Positions 1-12,349 of a DNA stretch of 64,000 nt are shown here, in pieces. Source of the DNA: Octopus sinensis (lineage: Eukaryota); contig NC_043006.1 in NCBI RefSeq assembly GCF_006345805.1, forward strand, positions 15,066,001-15,130,000, written 5' to 3'. The notes below the pieces were generated by a model. That model saw only the letters and a list, made by a program, of their open reading frames with translations. It had not been told where the DNA came from and did no database searches. Numbering within the stretch: the first letter of the stretch is position 1; every line of letters begins with the position of its first letter. The position numbers were made by a program, and so were the translations under genes.

Positions 1-590
1 AAAGTCGATTAGCTCGAGACTGGAGATGAACATGCCTGTTGCAATTCCTTTCACTCTCGTCTTTCGCTACCTCTTTTGAACAGTAACTACCGAGAGAAAA
101 CAGGCTTGATCCTTCCTACTCAGGGAGGTTGGCGGAATGATCTTAATTACAGATTCGTTCGACAGTTGTACTCTTCTCGAATGCGACAGCAGGTGTTTGA
201 CATAAGCCCAGAGTTCAGTCACCTTGGGCTTCAATCACGTGCAGGACAGTTTCACTGTCCTGCCTGCATCTTGCGCAAACTGGCGAAGGCGCACACCCAT
301 GTCTAAAGAGCTTATCTTGAACCGGTAAAGCTCCTCTGTAACATTGCCAGGCCAGGGACTTTTGGTAATTATCCATAGGCCCCGGTCCGAATGTTCTTTG
401 GAACAGGCTGGCCAGTTGATCTTTGTCGAAACCCAGGACGTCGTCACATTTAAACTCTACTAACCCTCTATAGAAGAACGAGGTAGTACCCCCCGCCACG
501 AGCGTTGCCCGACTGGGAGGGAAGCACGAGTGCCTGATGGCACTCTGCATGCCACACGCCCAACCTTGGTCTACACTTGATCCATGAATT
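1..590 (-). mobile_element. Tx1/L1-like non-LTR retrotransposon fragment (zf-RVT region)
   Basis: ORF 215-550: LAWQCYRGALPVQDKL...CARCRQDSETVLH. Same family as 50760-51797. Confidence 0.75.
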
Positions 591-741
591 CAGTTTGGTA
601 AACGATGTCAGAGTCTATGTGCACTAAAACAACTACAGGATGGTTGGAGAAGAAATTGAAGAGAGTCAGCAGAAGTGGTATTATAAGAGTGATAGGAGGG
701 ACCTCCTTTCTCCATTCAAATCATCATATGCTTTTCCACTT

Positions 742-1917
742 CTTTGATCCCTCTTTCTGCTGGCTTCTTCGATCCCTCTTTCTCTTGGCTTCTTTGATCC
801 CTCTTTCTGCTGGCTTCTTAGATCCATCTTTCTGCTGGCTTTTTTGATCCCTCTTTCTGCTGGCTTTTTCGATCCCTCTTTCTGCTGGCTTCTTTGATCC
901 CTCTTTCTGCTGGCTTCTTCGATCCCTCTTTCTGCTGGCTTCTTTGATCCCTTTTCTGTTGGCTTCTTTGATCCCTCTTTCTGCTGGCTTCTTTGATCCT
1001 TCTTTCTGTTGGCTTCTTTGATCCCTCTTTCTGCTAGCTTCTTAGATCCCTCTTTCTGCTGGCTTCTTAGATCCCTCTTTCTACTGTCTTCTTTGATCCC
1101 TCTTTCTGCTGGCTTCTTTGATTCCTCTTTCTGCTGGCTTCTTTGATCCCTCTTTCTGCTGGCTTCTTGGATCCCTCATTCTGCTGGCTTCTTGGATCCC
1201 TCTTTCTGCTGGCTTCTTTGACCCCTCTTTCTGCTGGCTTCTTTGATCCCTCTTTCTGCTGGCTTCTTCGATCCCTCTTTCTGCTGGCTTCTTTGATCCC
1301 TTTTCTGTTGGCTTCTTTGATCCCTCTTTCTGCTGGCTTCTTTGATCCTTCTTTCTGTTGGCTTCTTTGATCCCTCTTTCTGCTGGCTTCTTTGATCCCT
1401 CATTCTGTTAGCTTCTTTGATCCCTCTTTCTGCTAGCTTCTTCGATCCCTCTTTCTGCTGGCTTCTTTGATCCTTCTCTCTGCTAGCTTCTTTGATCCCT
1501 CTTTCTGTTGGCTTCTTTGATCCCTTTTTCTGCTGGCTTCTTTGATCCCTCTTTCTGTTGGCTTCTTTGATCCCTCTTTCTGTTGGCTTCTTTGATCCCT
1601 TTTTCTGCTGGCTTCTTTGATCCCTCTTTTTGCTGGCTTCTTTGATCTCTCTTTCTGTTGGCTTTTTTGATCCCTCTTTCTGTTGGCTTCTTTGATCCCT
1701 CTTTCTGTTGGCTTCTTTGATCCCTCTTTCTGCTAGCTTCTTTGATCCCTCTTTCTGCTGGCTTCTTTGATCCCTCTTTCTGCTGGCTTCTTTGATACCT
1801 CTTTCTGCTGTCTAGTTTGATCCCTCTTTCTGCTGGCTTCTTCGATACCTCTTTCTGCTGTCTTCTTTGATTCCTCTTTCATTCCTCTATCTGCTGGCTT
1901 CTTTGATCCCTCTTTCA
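742..1917. repeat. 25-bp minisatellite (GATCCCTCTTTCTGCTGGCTTCTTT)n, about 47 units
   Basis: Periodicity is directly visible and explains the repetitive ORFs on both strands. Confidence 0.95.
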
Positions 1918-2310
1918 CAAGTTCCATCTGCTTGGAGTGCTGCTCACTTCTTTATGCAAATGACACACATACATGTACTCTCTTGCACACCAACCAGACC
2001 AGCTTTTCTCTCATTTCATTTATGCACATTAATATTGGCCATCCAATGGAGCATGACCACCTCATTTCCTCCCAGCCTTTGCAAATCCTCCACACTTACA
2101 CATTGCTATTATGCAACATCACACTTTGTATGCATGCATAATACAACTTGCCCTTCATTCTGGTACAAAAAAAGAAAAAGGAAAAGAAAAAAAAAATCCT
2201 TTACTGCCATTAACAGTAATAGCATTTTGAACTTCTCCCATTTTGCTCATACACTGGCAGCAATGATTTCTGAGCACCTGCCACTACTGTTAATTAAGTT
2301 ACCTAGGTAA
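1918..2310 (-). mobile_element. Degenerate RTE LINE fragment flanking the minisatellite
   Basis: Minus-strand remnants such as AKWEKFKMLL, KGKLYYACIQSVML, MREK; typical RTE ORF C-terminal region. Confidence 0.55.
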
Positions 2311-2384
2311 CAAAAGCCATCAACAACTTCCAGGAGGCCATCAGAGCATTTATAGCGCCTATTGGAAAGATGTCCCTCAGTTAT

Positions 2385-3220
2385 CATCATCATCATCATC
2401 ATTTAACGTCCGCTTTCCATGCTAGCATGGGTGGGACGATTTGACTGAAGTCTAGTGAACCAGACGGCTGCACCAGACACTCCATGAGTGTAGCGGGTTC
2501 TTTTTATGTGCCCCCAGCATGAGGGCCAGTCAGGTGGTACCGGCAACGGCCACACTCAAATGGTGCTTTTTATGTGCCACCTGCACTGGAGCTAGTCCAG
2601 CGGCACTGGCAACAGCCTCGCTGGAATGTTTTTTCACATGCCACCAGCACAAGTGCTAGTAAGGCGATGCAGGTAACGATCACGCTCGAATGGTGTTTTT
2701 CACGTGCCATCAGCACTGGTTTTTGTATATTGAACCACCAATCACATGGTTGGGAAGCAAGCATCCGAAGCACATGGCTACTCCTCCATTTTTCAAAATA
2801 TACAAAATGTAAACTTATTATTATTATCATCATCATCATCATCATCGTTTAACGTCCGCTTTCCATGCTAGCATGGGTTGGACGGTCTGACCGAGGGCTG
2901 GCGAACCAGATGGCTGCACCAGGCTCCAATCTGATCTGGCAGAGTTTCTACAGCTGGATGCCCTTCCTAATGCCAACCACTATGAGAGTGTAGTGGGTGC
3001 TTTTATGTGCCACCAGCACGGGGGCCAGTCAGGCGGTACTGGCAATGACCTCGCTCGAATCTTTTTACACATGCCAAGGGCATGGGTGCCAGCAAGGCGA
3101 TGCTGGTAATGATCCCGCTCAAATGGTGCCTCTTACATGCCACTGGTATTGAAGCCAGTTAGCCGCTCTGGCAACGATCATGCTTGGATGGTGCTCTTTG
3201 CACCCTACTAGCACGGGGCA
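2385..3220 (-). mobile_element. Two copies of SINE family A (RTE-like tail ..CCAACCCATGCTAGCATGGAAAGCGGACGTTAAA(TGA)n)
   Basis: Recurrent motif. Other copies near 7500-7885, 8815-9000, 10250-10420, 11370-11830, 12478-12850, 15455-15640, 23400-23760, 29290-29660, 29960-30250, 33370-33855, 34825-34985, 35485-36025. Confidence 0.85.
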
Positions 3221-3497
3221 CAATAAATAAATAAAAATGGTGGTTAGCAGGTAGAATTGTTAGCACACCAGGCAAAATGCTTGGCAGCATTTCATCTATC
3301 TTTACGTTCTGAGTTCAAATTCTGCCGGGGTCAACTTTGCCTTTCATTCTTCTGGGATCAACAAAATAAACACCAGTTGAGCACTAGGGTCGATGTAATT
3401 GACTAGCCTCACCTGCTCACCCAAATTTTCAGGCCTTGTACCTGTAGTGGAAAGGAAATGAATACATGAAAATATAACCATCAATGCTGTAACAGAA

Positions 3498-3503
3498 TTT
3501 ATT
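3498..3503 (-). terminator. Candidate poly(A) signal of HAX1
   Basis: AATAAA on the minus strand about 60 nt after the stop codon, in T-rich context. Confidence 0.5.
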
Positions 3504-3564
3504 ACAAAAGCTGAATCTACATAAAAATCACAACTGAATGAAAGAAATTAGAAGAAGCAACAAT

Positions 3565-3713
3565 TTAATCACGTTTAAAACCAAATAAATTTGTGAAGTA
3601 ATATCTGACTGACGACATTCCTTGCTGGTAGGGACTGTAAAGCTGTTCATTTGCCTGATCAGGGTTCTCACTCAAGGGACTCCTTGGTGTTCTATCAATC
3701 TGATCTTCATAAG
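3565..3713 (-). CDS. HAX1: HAX1-like gene, last coding exon (SYEDQIDRT...YYFTNLFGFKRD*)
   Basis: Acceptor ttttctcttgattttag|, phase 1, TAA ending at 3565. Total CDS 843 nt = 280 aa, close to human HAX1 (279 aa); aromatic/basic C-terminus. Confidence 0.82.
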
Positions 3714-4813
3714 CTAAAATCAAGAGAAAATTAATTGATTAGTGGCAAGAAGAGAGAGATATACATAACGAAGCTAAGAATTAAATATCTTCGTTCTTCA
3801 TGTGATCATTTCTTTTCGTTAATACCCTTTCACTCTTTTACTTGTTTCAGTTAATTGACTGTGGCCATGCTGGAGCATTGCCTTTAGTCGAAGAAATCGA
3901 CCCCATGACTTATTTTAATAATTAATATATGGATACATGTATACTGGTTTGTACTTATATTATGTATGTAATTTTTAATTATTTCTTCTTTTTTATTTTA
4001 TCACATTTTTAACTTAAGTATTTACAATTTATTAACTTATAATTAATTTAATTTCTGTTATTTACTTATATTTAACTGTATTAGTTAGTCCCCGGTGCGT
4101 TTGTTTATATCTGATGATACACAAGAGTATGTATATCTGAGTGTAATTCTATTAACTCATAGGTTAGGTTCCTTGTTGGTTAAATATTAATATTATAATG
4201 GCACTGGATTTATTACGTTGAAAAGATATATATTTACTATAAAAAATTAATCTATAATTTATAACTTAGCGTACATGCGATTATAACAAATTACCGTGTA
4301 ATCAGTAATCGTTATGTTGACTACGGAAAAAACCGGTGTTCACATACTGAGTGTACCCTGTGAAAATAACATCCGATGTCGTGATATATAAATATATGTA
4401 TCTTTAAAACAAATATTTTATGGAAATATATGAGTGGATCTATTTTATTTTGTGGCATGTTTTTAGTTTTGAGAAGCTCAATGCCCGCATGGATAGGATT
4501 ATACCTCTTTTATTATTTATTTATTTATTTATTTATTTATGTGTTGGACTTGATTTGTGGATATGTATGTGTATGAGTCTATGTGTGTGTGTATACATAT
4601 AATTATGTATGTATGTGCGATTGATCTGTGGATGTGCGTGTGCGTATGTGCGTTTCTTGACTAACTAACCGTAAAATTTCTTTTGTGATTCAAATTTTAA
4701 ACTATAAGCCAATCGAATTAATCTAGAATAATCAATATCAAGCGGACAGAATAACCAGACACTTAGATATGTAGATATCCGATGGATGTACTTGGTGCAG
4801 ACATAACTGTATC

Positions 4814-4859
<46 letters not shown>

Positions 4860-5215
4860 ATTAATAGTAATTATTATTGACTTTTACAGGTTTATAATTT
4901 TATGAACTGAAATGTGGTTTTTTATTACTTTTCATGTATAAGTCTGATTTTAATTTAAATGTGAGTGTGCATATATCTTCTTGTGTGGTAGTTTTTAGAA
5001 CTATTAACTCAATATGTAGAATAACTGAGCTTATTAATATATATTGATATATATTTTGTTTTATTTTGTTTTGTGTATCTTGTATTATTGTATTAATGAA
5101 TATATATATATATGTGTGTAGTATTATGGTGTCTATGCACACGTTTTTATATTTTACATTTTTATATTGATATGTATATGGAAAAAAAATTTTTCACAAT
5201 TATAATTTATTAAAT

Positions 5216-5326
5216 TCTCTGAAGAGGCCGTGGGGCATCCTTGTTAATGTCTCATTTATACCTGCCTTATATGGCTTATAGGTTAAATGAGGCATGATTG
5301 CCCTTACTGCCGAAACAGCTGTCAGA
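5216..5326 (+). ncRNA. Type I hammerhead ribozyme motif with extended stem II
   Basis: TCT-CTGAAGA(5219-25)-GGC...GCC-GAAA(5312-15)-CAGCTG-TC-AGA; all core nucleotides canonical; GUC cleavage site after 5323. Confidence 0.7.
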
Positions 5327-5967
5327 TATGATATAATTACATATTATATTTTATATTTCTATTTCCTTGTCTAATTATATTTACAATATATTTTGTATAA
5401 TGCCTTTACTGTTATGTAATGGTGTAATAAAGTATTGATTGGGTATCATCTGTTGGTTGATGTTTGATTGATTTAAGTATGTTTCTCCATTTTCTAATTT
5501 TATATATATATGTGTATATATATATATATATATATACACATACATACATTTTTACGGCGGGCTTCTTTCAGTTTCTGTCTACCAAATCCAATCACAAGGC
5601 TTTGGTCGGTCCGAGGCTATAGTAGAAGATACTTGTCCAAGGTGTCACGCAGTGGAACTGAACCCAGAACCATGTGGTTGGTAGGCAAGCTACTTACCAC
5701 ACGGCCACTCCTGCACCTAATGGTGATTTTTTTTTCTCTATGTTAGCACAGGTTTTGATGGAGATCTATTTGAAGAAGTATTTTATTGCTGGATGCTCTA
5801 CTTGTAACCGACCCTAACCTGTTTTCCAAAGAATTTTTGTTTTTTCTTTGGATTTTTGAAAGAACAAAGTCACCAGTCATAATGACAACAAGGAATATAA
5901 ACAGCGTAACACTGTTTCCATCAAACAATGACAAGTGAAGCTGTGGAATGCCAATATCTATGCAAAT

Positions 5968-6205
5968 TAAGGTGGCGAGCTGGCAGAAACGTTAGCACAC
6001 CAGGCGAAATGCATAGCTGTATTTCGTCTGCCGTTATGTTCTGAGTTCAAATTCCGCTGAGGTCGACTTTACCTTTCATCCTTTCGGTGTCAATAAATTA
6101 AGTACCAGTTATGCACTGGAGTTGATGTAATCGACTTAATCCGTTTGTCTGTCCTTGTTTGTCCCCTCTGTGTTTAACCCCTTGTGGGTAGTAAAGAAAT
6201 AAATA
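5968..6205 (+). mobile_element. SINE family C, representative (AAGGCGGCGAGCTGGCAG...GAGTTCAAATTCC...GTAAAGAAATA)
   Basis: tRNA-like A/B boxes. Other copies near 3240, 13425, 22245, 22600, 26024, 38115, 38605, 39550, 45740, 47060, 62893. Confidence 0.85.
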
Positions 6206-6409
6206 TCTATGCAAATACACCACAAAAACAGAGAGGTTTCCATACAGTTTCTATTATCGAATTCAGTCTGAAGGCAAACGAGTTGAAGGAATATGTCAAG
6301 CATGGTTCCTCTGACTGGATGCCTCTACTAACACTATCTATTTTTACAGAGTGTACTGGGTTCCTTTTCTCATGACACTGGTATGAGTGAAGATCACCAT
6401 GTTACTTGC

Positions 6410-6555
6410 TAGACAAAAAAAAAAGACCCTTGATGGAGAAGTTTTGAAGGATGCAGTGCTCCGACAACTAACAACTGATGCCGGCAGTTTGTTCCATGCT
6501 TCAGCAACTCTTAGCGAGAAAAAATGTTTCCAAAAGTCATGGGAGCTGTGCTGTT
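6410..6555 (-). mobile_element. CR1 LINE 3' fragment
   Basis: HDFWKHFFSLRVAEAWNKLPASVVSCRSTASFK, the typical CR1 ORF2 C-terminus. Confidence 0.75.
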
Positions 6556-6728
6556 TATAAATAATGCATGTATGTCTATATGCAAGTGTTTGTGTTTTCC
6601 TCTGCACAGGGAGACGTGCTCTTAGCAGTTCAGCAAAGAGGAGTTGATAAAATAAAAGGGTAAAAACTGAAACCAATAAAGGGGTAAAGCAACTACAGAG
6701 CTAATAGAAGAAGAAGCAATTCACATAC

Positions 6729-6882
6729 AATTCCCCAAGGTCTGTATTTCTTCAGTTTCTTCTTCGTTACCCACTGAATCGACTTTACGGGTTATCGTGT
6801 GTTTTTGGCCATCTGCTACTTTAGTATAGACTTCTTCTTTACGTCCAGATGAATCTTCCACAGTTCGCCAATGTTCAAACTT
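6729..6882 (-). CDS. HAX1: HAX1-like gene, exon 6 (KFEHWRTVEDSSGRKEEVYTK...)
   Basis: Acceptor ttttttcacag|, donor AATT|gtatgt; 154 nt. Matches HAX1 'EERRTVVDSEGRTETTVTR'. Confidence 0.88.
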
Positions 6883-7914
6883 CTGTGAAAAAAAGAAAAA
6901 AAAAATTGACAAAAAATAAAATTAAAAAGAGTAAAACAAAGACGGCTGTAATTTTTTTTAAGGGGAAGTAACTACGTATGACCCTGTCCTTTGTAATATA
7001 AACAAACTGTTGGTACTTTAATGGGACAAATATGAGGACAGATATGACAGACTGGCGCCAGACGCGAGTTTAAAAAGAAGAGACTTAAGGTGGACACCTG
7101 CCAATGAAGTAAGGCAAAACTGATGAGGGCGAAAAGAAAAATAAATGCATCAGGACAAAACTGGAAGACAGTAACTTCAAATGCAATCAACGAAGTGGGG
7201 GGCTGTCACTCACATGTCATCATCATCAAGATCATTATCATTTTAAGGTCCGCTTTTCAATGCTCACCTGGGTCAGACAGAATTTGTTGAGATGCATTTT
7301 CCATGGCCAGATACCTGTTCTGTTGCTAACCCACACCTGTTTCCAAGAAAGGTAATGTTTCCTCATGACTAGGCACGTTTCCACAGAAATTGGAAATGAA
7401 GGTTATTGCTTGCTGTACGGTGACACTTATTTACAACTATCGCACGACGTCAAGGCATGGAGACAGTAACAAATGCATACACACACACACAAATATATCA
7501 TCATCATCATTTAGCATTTGTTTTCCGTGCTGGCATAGGTTAGACGATTTGACTGGAACTGGTAAACTGGAGAGCCGTAACCAGGCTCCAGTTTTTTTTT
7601 GGCTTGGTTTCTACAGCTGGATGCCCTTCCTAACACCAACCACTCCACAGAATGCAGTGGGTGCCTTCTATGTCTCATTAGCACTGGCCATAACTATATA
7701 TATATAAATACATACACACATTGCCAGCCCCATCTGGCACCCACTACACTCACGGAGTGGTTGGCGTTAGGAAGGGTATCCAGCCGTAGAAACATTGCCA
7801 GATCAGACTGGGCCTGGTGCAGCCTTCTGGCTTCACAGACCCCAGTTGAACCGTCCAAAATTGCTAAATGGTGATGATGATGATATATTATATATATATA
7901 TATTATATATAGAT

Positions 7915-8235
7915 CCCAGCAATGCCATCACGCTTCAGGACCAGTTACTGCAACAGCCTGGGTTTCAAGGGCCCACAGCTTTTTAATATTCTCCAAAAGA
8001 GTCTGAGGAACTTGCACAAAGTAGATGTAGGGTTTTTTAAATCAAAGCTGGACCTCTTTCTGTCGAGAGTCCCAGATGAACCTACCTCACGGCAAGAGGT
8101 GCAAATGAGGGTAGCTATATTAAAGTCCATTCTTCACCAAGTGCCACATATTAGAGGAGGCTCTTAGTAATAACAGTGTAGCAAAACGGCGGTGCATCAG
8201 CATGGCCGCAGCTCTGAGCTGAAACTATGAAAAAA
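7915..8235 (+). mobile_element. LINE 3' end (CR1/L2-group-like)
   Basis: SLGFKGPQLFNIL...FKSKLDLFLSRVPDEP, then a 3' tail GGCGGTGCATCAGCATGGCCGCAG..CTGAAAC and an A-run. Confidence 0.7.
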
Positions 8236-9092
8236 ACCACCTTTTCCTCAACTTAGGGCTGAGTTCCGTTCTGAGTGATAGGTAGTAAGTCGATCATGTC
8301 ATTATGTTGAATTTATATTTTTCAACACTATTTTCATTGAAACACAACTGATGCTTGAAAAGCAACTGAATGAGAGACACTGGCAGGCTGTGGATGCCTA
8401 TGTCTGAGGGAGGCCTACATTGCCAGATGCTGCCATAGTCATTGTATGTGGACCAGCCCAACATACGAAAATAAATTTATTTTCATTTATTTTGAAAAAT
8501 TTATTTTTTGCGGTAGTAAATCTCTTACCACACAGTAATGCGTGTGCCTATGGGCTCATGGGGGGGTCACTATAATTTTGCCAAGATGATTGGAACAAAA
8601 TTTCCCAGGAGCAGATCTATGATCTTGTAAGACTAACTGATACCTCTCCTCCAGTTATATATATATATATATATATATGTCTATGTGTCTGTATACATAT
8701 ATATATAAATATATAAATATATATATATATATAAATAAGGATAAGATTGCTAATTTAAAAATAATATAACGATTTTATCAAGTGGTCAGCATGGAAAAAA
8801 TAACCTTCAAAGGTAATCATCATCATCATTTAGCATCCGTTTTCCATGCTAGCATGGGTTGGACGGTTCAACTGGGGTCTGTGAAGCCGGAAGGCCGCAT
8901 CAGGCCCAGTCAGATCTGGCAGTGTTTCTATGGCTGGATGCCCTTCCTAATGCCAACCACTCCGTGAGTGTAGTGGGTGCTTTTTACGTGCCACCCACAC
9001 AGTAATAATTATTAAAATTATAAATTAGGGTATCTAATGGTGGTATGGTGGTATCTCATAGATACCCTAATTTATAACTATATATATATATA

Positions 9093-9311
9093 TATGAGTG
9101 TTGCTGAAAAGTTCCTGCCTTTAAGGGTATCGCACAAGGCCTGGTTGAAGGCCCAACCTTCTGAGTTCTTTTACAAGGCCTTGGAAAAACTGAAGGACTG
9201 CTGCAACAAGCGTGTGAATCTAAGAGGAGAATATATGAATAAAATCACAACTGATCTTCCTGTAATTTCTTTTACTCAAAGCCAGACACTTTGTCAGCAC
9301 CCCCTTGTGTA
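9093..9311 (+). mobile_element. Mariner-derived non-autonomous element
   Basis: Imperfect TIRs (..TTGCTGAAAAGTTCCTGCC / AGCCAGACACTTTGTCAGCA..TA); encodes mariner C-terminus-like FYKALEKLKDCCNKRVNLRGEY. Confidence 0.65.
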
Positions 9312-9812
9312 TCATTGTCCTTGTTTTAATGTCCCTTTCTCTAGGCTCACACAGATTTTGAACAGAATTTGGTAAGAAGATTTTCAGCAGCTGATTGCCC
9401 TTACTGTTGCCAACCTGTTTCCAAGAAAGGTAATATTTTCCCCCCCATGCTCAGATACGTTTGCATGGAAGATTGAAAATGAACAGCACTACTTGTATGA
9501 TGGTGACATGCATTTACAAGCGTAAAACCCTCCTACATCCTACACAAACACATAACATGGACACACGTACACACAGAGAGACACAAGCACATATATGAAC
9601 ATAAGACAGGCCTCTTTTAGTTTCTATCTACCAAATCTACTAATAGGGCTTTGGTCAGCTTGGGGCTACAGTAATAAACACTTGCTAAAACAATGCCTTT
9701 AGGAAGTAAATTTAACTACGCAGCCACCCTTGTGCTTATAATCATATTTATATCTATATATATATATATATATACACACACATATATATACATACACACA
9801 TGCACACACCCA

Positions 9813-9852
<40 letters not shown>

Positions 9853-12218
9853 TCTTTTACTTGTTTCAGTCATTTGACTGTGGCCATGCTGGAGCACCAC
9901 CTTTAGTCGAGCAAATTGAGCCCAAGACTTATTCTTTGTAAGCCTAGTACTTATTCTATCAGTCTCTTTTGCCGAACTGCTAAGTTACAGGGATGTAAAC
10001 ACACCAGCATCGGTTGTCAAGCGATGTTGTGTGTGTGTGGGGGGCAAACATATACACACACATACATATACATACATATATACGACGGGCTTCTTTCAGT
10101 TTCCATCTACCAAATCCACTCACAAGCCTTTGGTTGACTTGAGGCTATAGTAGAAGACACTTGCCCAAGGTGCCACACAGTGGGACTGAACCTGGAACCA
10201 TGTGGTTGGTAAGCAAGCTACTTACCACATAGCCACTCCTACACCTAAAGCACTCAGTTCATTCTGCAGGGCGGTTGGTGTTAGGAAGGGCATCCAGCCA
10301 TAAAAAACCATGCCAAAAAAGACACAGTAGCCTGGGCTAGTCTTCTCCCTGGCCAGATCCTGTCAAACTGTCTAACCCATGCCAGCATGAAAGGTGGATG
10401 TTAAACGATGATGATGATCATCATGATGATAACAAACACACACATTTATATATAAACAAAGACTGGAAAATTTGGTATACTTTTAATTCATGTTACAAAT
10501 ATTTCACTAGAGGATAGGAGTTACAAGGTAAATACAAGGAGAGAATATGTATTTGTAATTTATTACATCAAGACTCAAAACTAAAAGAGAATGACACTGG
10601 TTGAAGCTATAATTTATAGTTTAGGGATTAATCAAAAGTGTACTGAGAGACAGAGGGATAAAAAGGGGAGAGGAAAGGAAAAGTTATTATAAATGAGAAT
10701 ATATATATATATGTATTTGTTAGTAGAAATTGTATGACAACTAAGGAATGAATGAGACCTCAATGTTATGTAAATAGAGGAATTTATCTATGACAGCTTA
10801 CTGGTTGTCCTATATTTTATATATACTCTTTTACTTGTTTCAGTCATTTGACTGCGGCCATGGTGGAACACCGCCTTTAGTCGAGCAACTCGACCCCGGG
10901 ACTTATTCTTTGTAAGCCCAGTACTTATTCTATCGGTCTTTTTTGCCGAACCGCTAATTGACGGGGACATAAACACAACAGCATTGGTTGTCAAGCAATG
11001 CCAGGAGGACAAACACACATACGCATATATATATTTATACATATATACGACGGGCTTCTTTCGGTTTCCACCTACCAAATCTACTCACAAGGCTTTGGTC
11101 GGCCCGAGGCTATAGTAGAAGACACTTGCCCAAGGTGTCACGCAGTGGGACGAACCCGGAACCATGTGGTTGGTAAGCAAGCTACTTACCACACAGTCAC
11201 TCCTATATATATATATATATAGCAAGAGAGAGAGAGAAAGAGGGGGGATAGATAGACAGATAGATATGTAGATAGGAGGAGTAATAGGTAGAGGGAAGGA
11301 CGAAAATTTTATTAGATGTAAGATAAGAAATAGGAGGATTAAGTAATATTGAACATTTGCAAATTATCATCATCATCATCATGATTGTTTAACGTTCGCT
11401 TTCCATGCTAGCATGGGTTGGACGGTTCGACTGGGGTCTGGGAAGTCAGGAGGCTGCAACAGGCCCAGTCTGATCTGGCAGTGTTTCTATAGCTGGATAC
11501 CCTTCCTAATGCCAACCACTCCGTGAGTGTAGTGGGTGCTTTTTACGTGCCAGGCGAGGCTGGCAACGGCCACAATCGGTTGGTGCTTTTTACGTGCCAC
11601 CAGCATGGAGGTCAGTTGAGGCAGCGCTGGTAACGGCCATGTTCGGATGGTTCTTTTACGTGCCACCGGCATTGGTATCCCAACTGCAATTTCCATTGAT
11701 TTTTGATCGATTTCGATTTCACTTGCTTCAACAGGTCTTCGCAAGCAGAGTTTTGTGTCCCAAGAAAGAAAGGGCCATGTTCAGACGGTTCTTTTATGTG
11801 CCACCGGCACTGGTATCACAACTGCAATTTCCATAAAAAAAAAATTCAAATATTCACATAACAGTATGCTTATCTCTACATCAGATTTGCTATTCAGTAT
11901 ATATGCGCTCTTATTATCTGACAGAATTATTTATGATTTTAAGGGTGTTATTATCATAATTAAGGTAGGTAGGCTACCATCATTTCGTCCGTTTTTATGT
12001 TATGAGAGCAAATTCGGGAATTTTTGGCAAAAAAAATTTTTTTAAATTAACAAATTTGGGAGGAAATTGAGGGTGGGGGACGGGATGGGTGGAAGTCTTT
12101 CCGAAAATCTTCCTCAATGGATTCTGTATGACCCATTCAAGCATGGAAAAGTGGATGTTAAAACAATGATGATGATGATGATGAGGAGGAGGAGAAAGAA
12201 TAAATGTGTAACGCTTAC

Positions 12219-12349
12219 CCCTCCAGGTTTCTGGACAGTACGCACTGTTACTTTGTTGGAACGGCTAAAAGAAAATGAACTGGTATTGTTCGAAGACTGA
12301 GGTACATCCAAATCCTCTAGCTCTTTTACAACTGCTTTATCATCGACGT
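12219..12349 (-). CDS. HAX1: HAX1-like gene, exon 5 (DVDDKAVVKELEDL...TVRTVQKPGG)
   Basis: Acceptor tctctttccag|, donor GGG|gtaagc; 131 nt. Resembles the HAX1 'DNDLD...SISVTKITKPDG' region. Confidence 0.85.

Noticed and set aside
742-1917. CRISPR-like regular repeats
   Set aside because: No unique spacers, eukaryotic context, no cas genes.
605-1927. Repetitive ORFs (LIPLSAG.., KEASRKRDQ..)
   Set aside because: Translations of a 25-bp minisatellite; the period is not a multiple of 3, and there are scattered stops and no splice support.
4105-4160. ATAT-CTGATGA-TACAC..GTGTA as a hammerhead
   Set aside because: Stem II is followed by ATTC instead of GAAA; too degenerate to support.
7115-7145. 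CTGATGAGGGCGAAA
   Set aside because: No room for stem II and no stems I/III; chance match.
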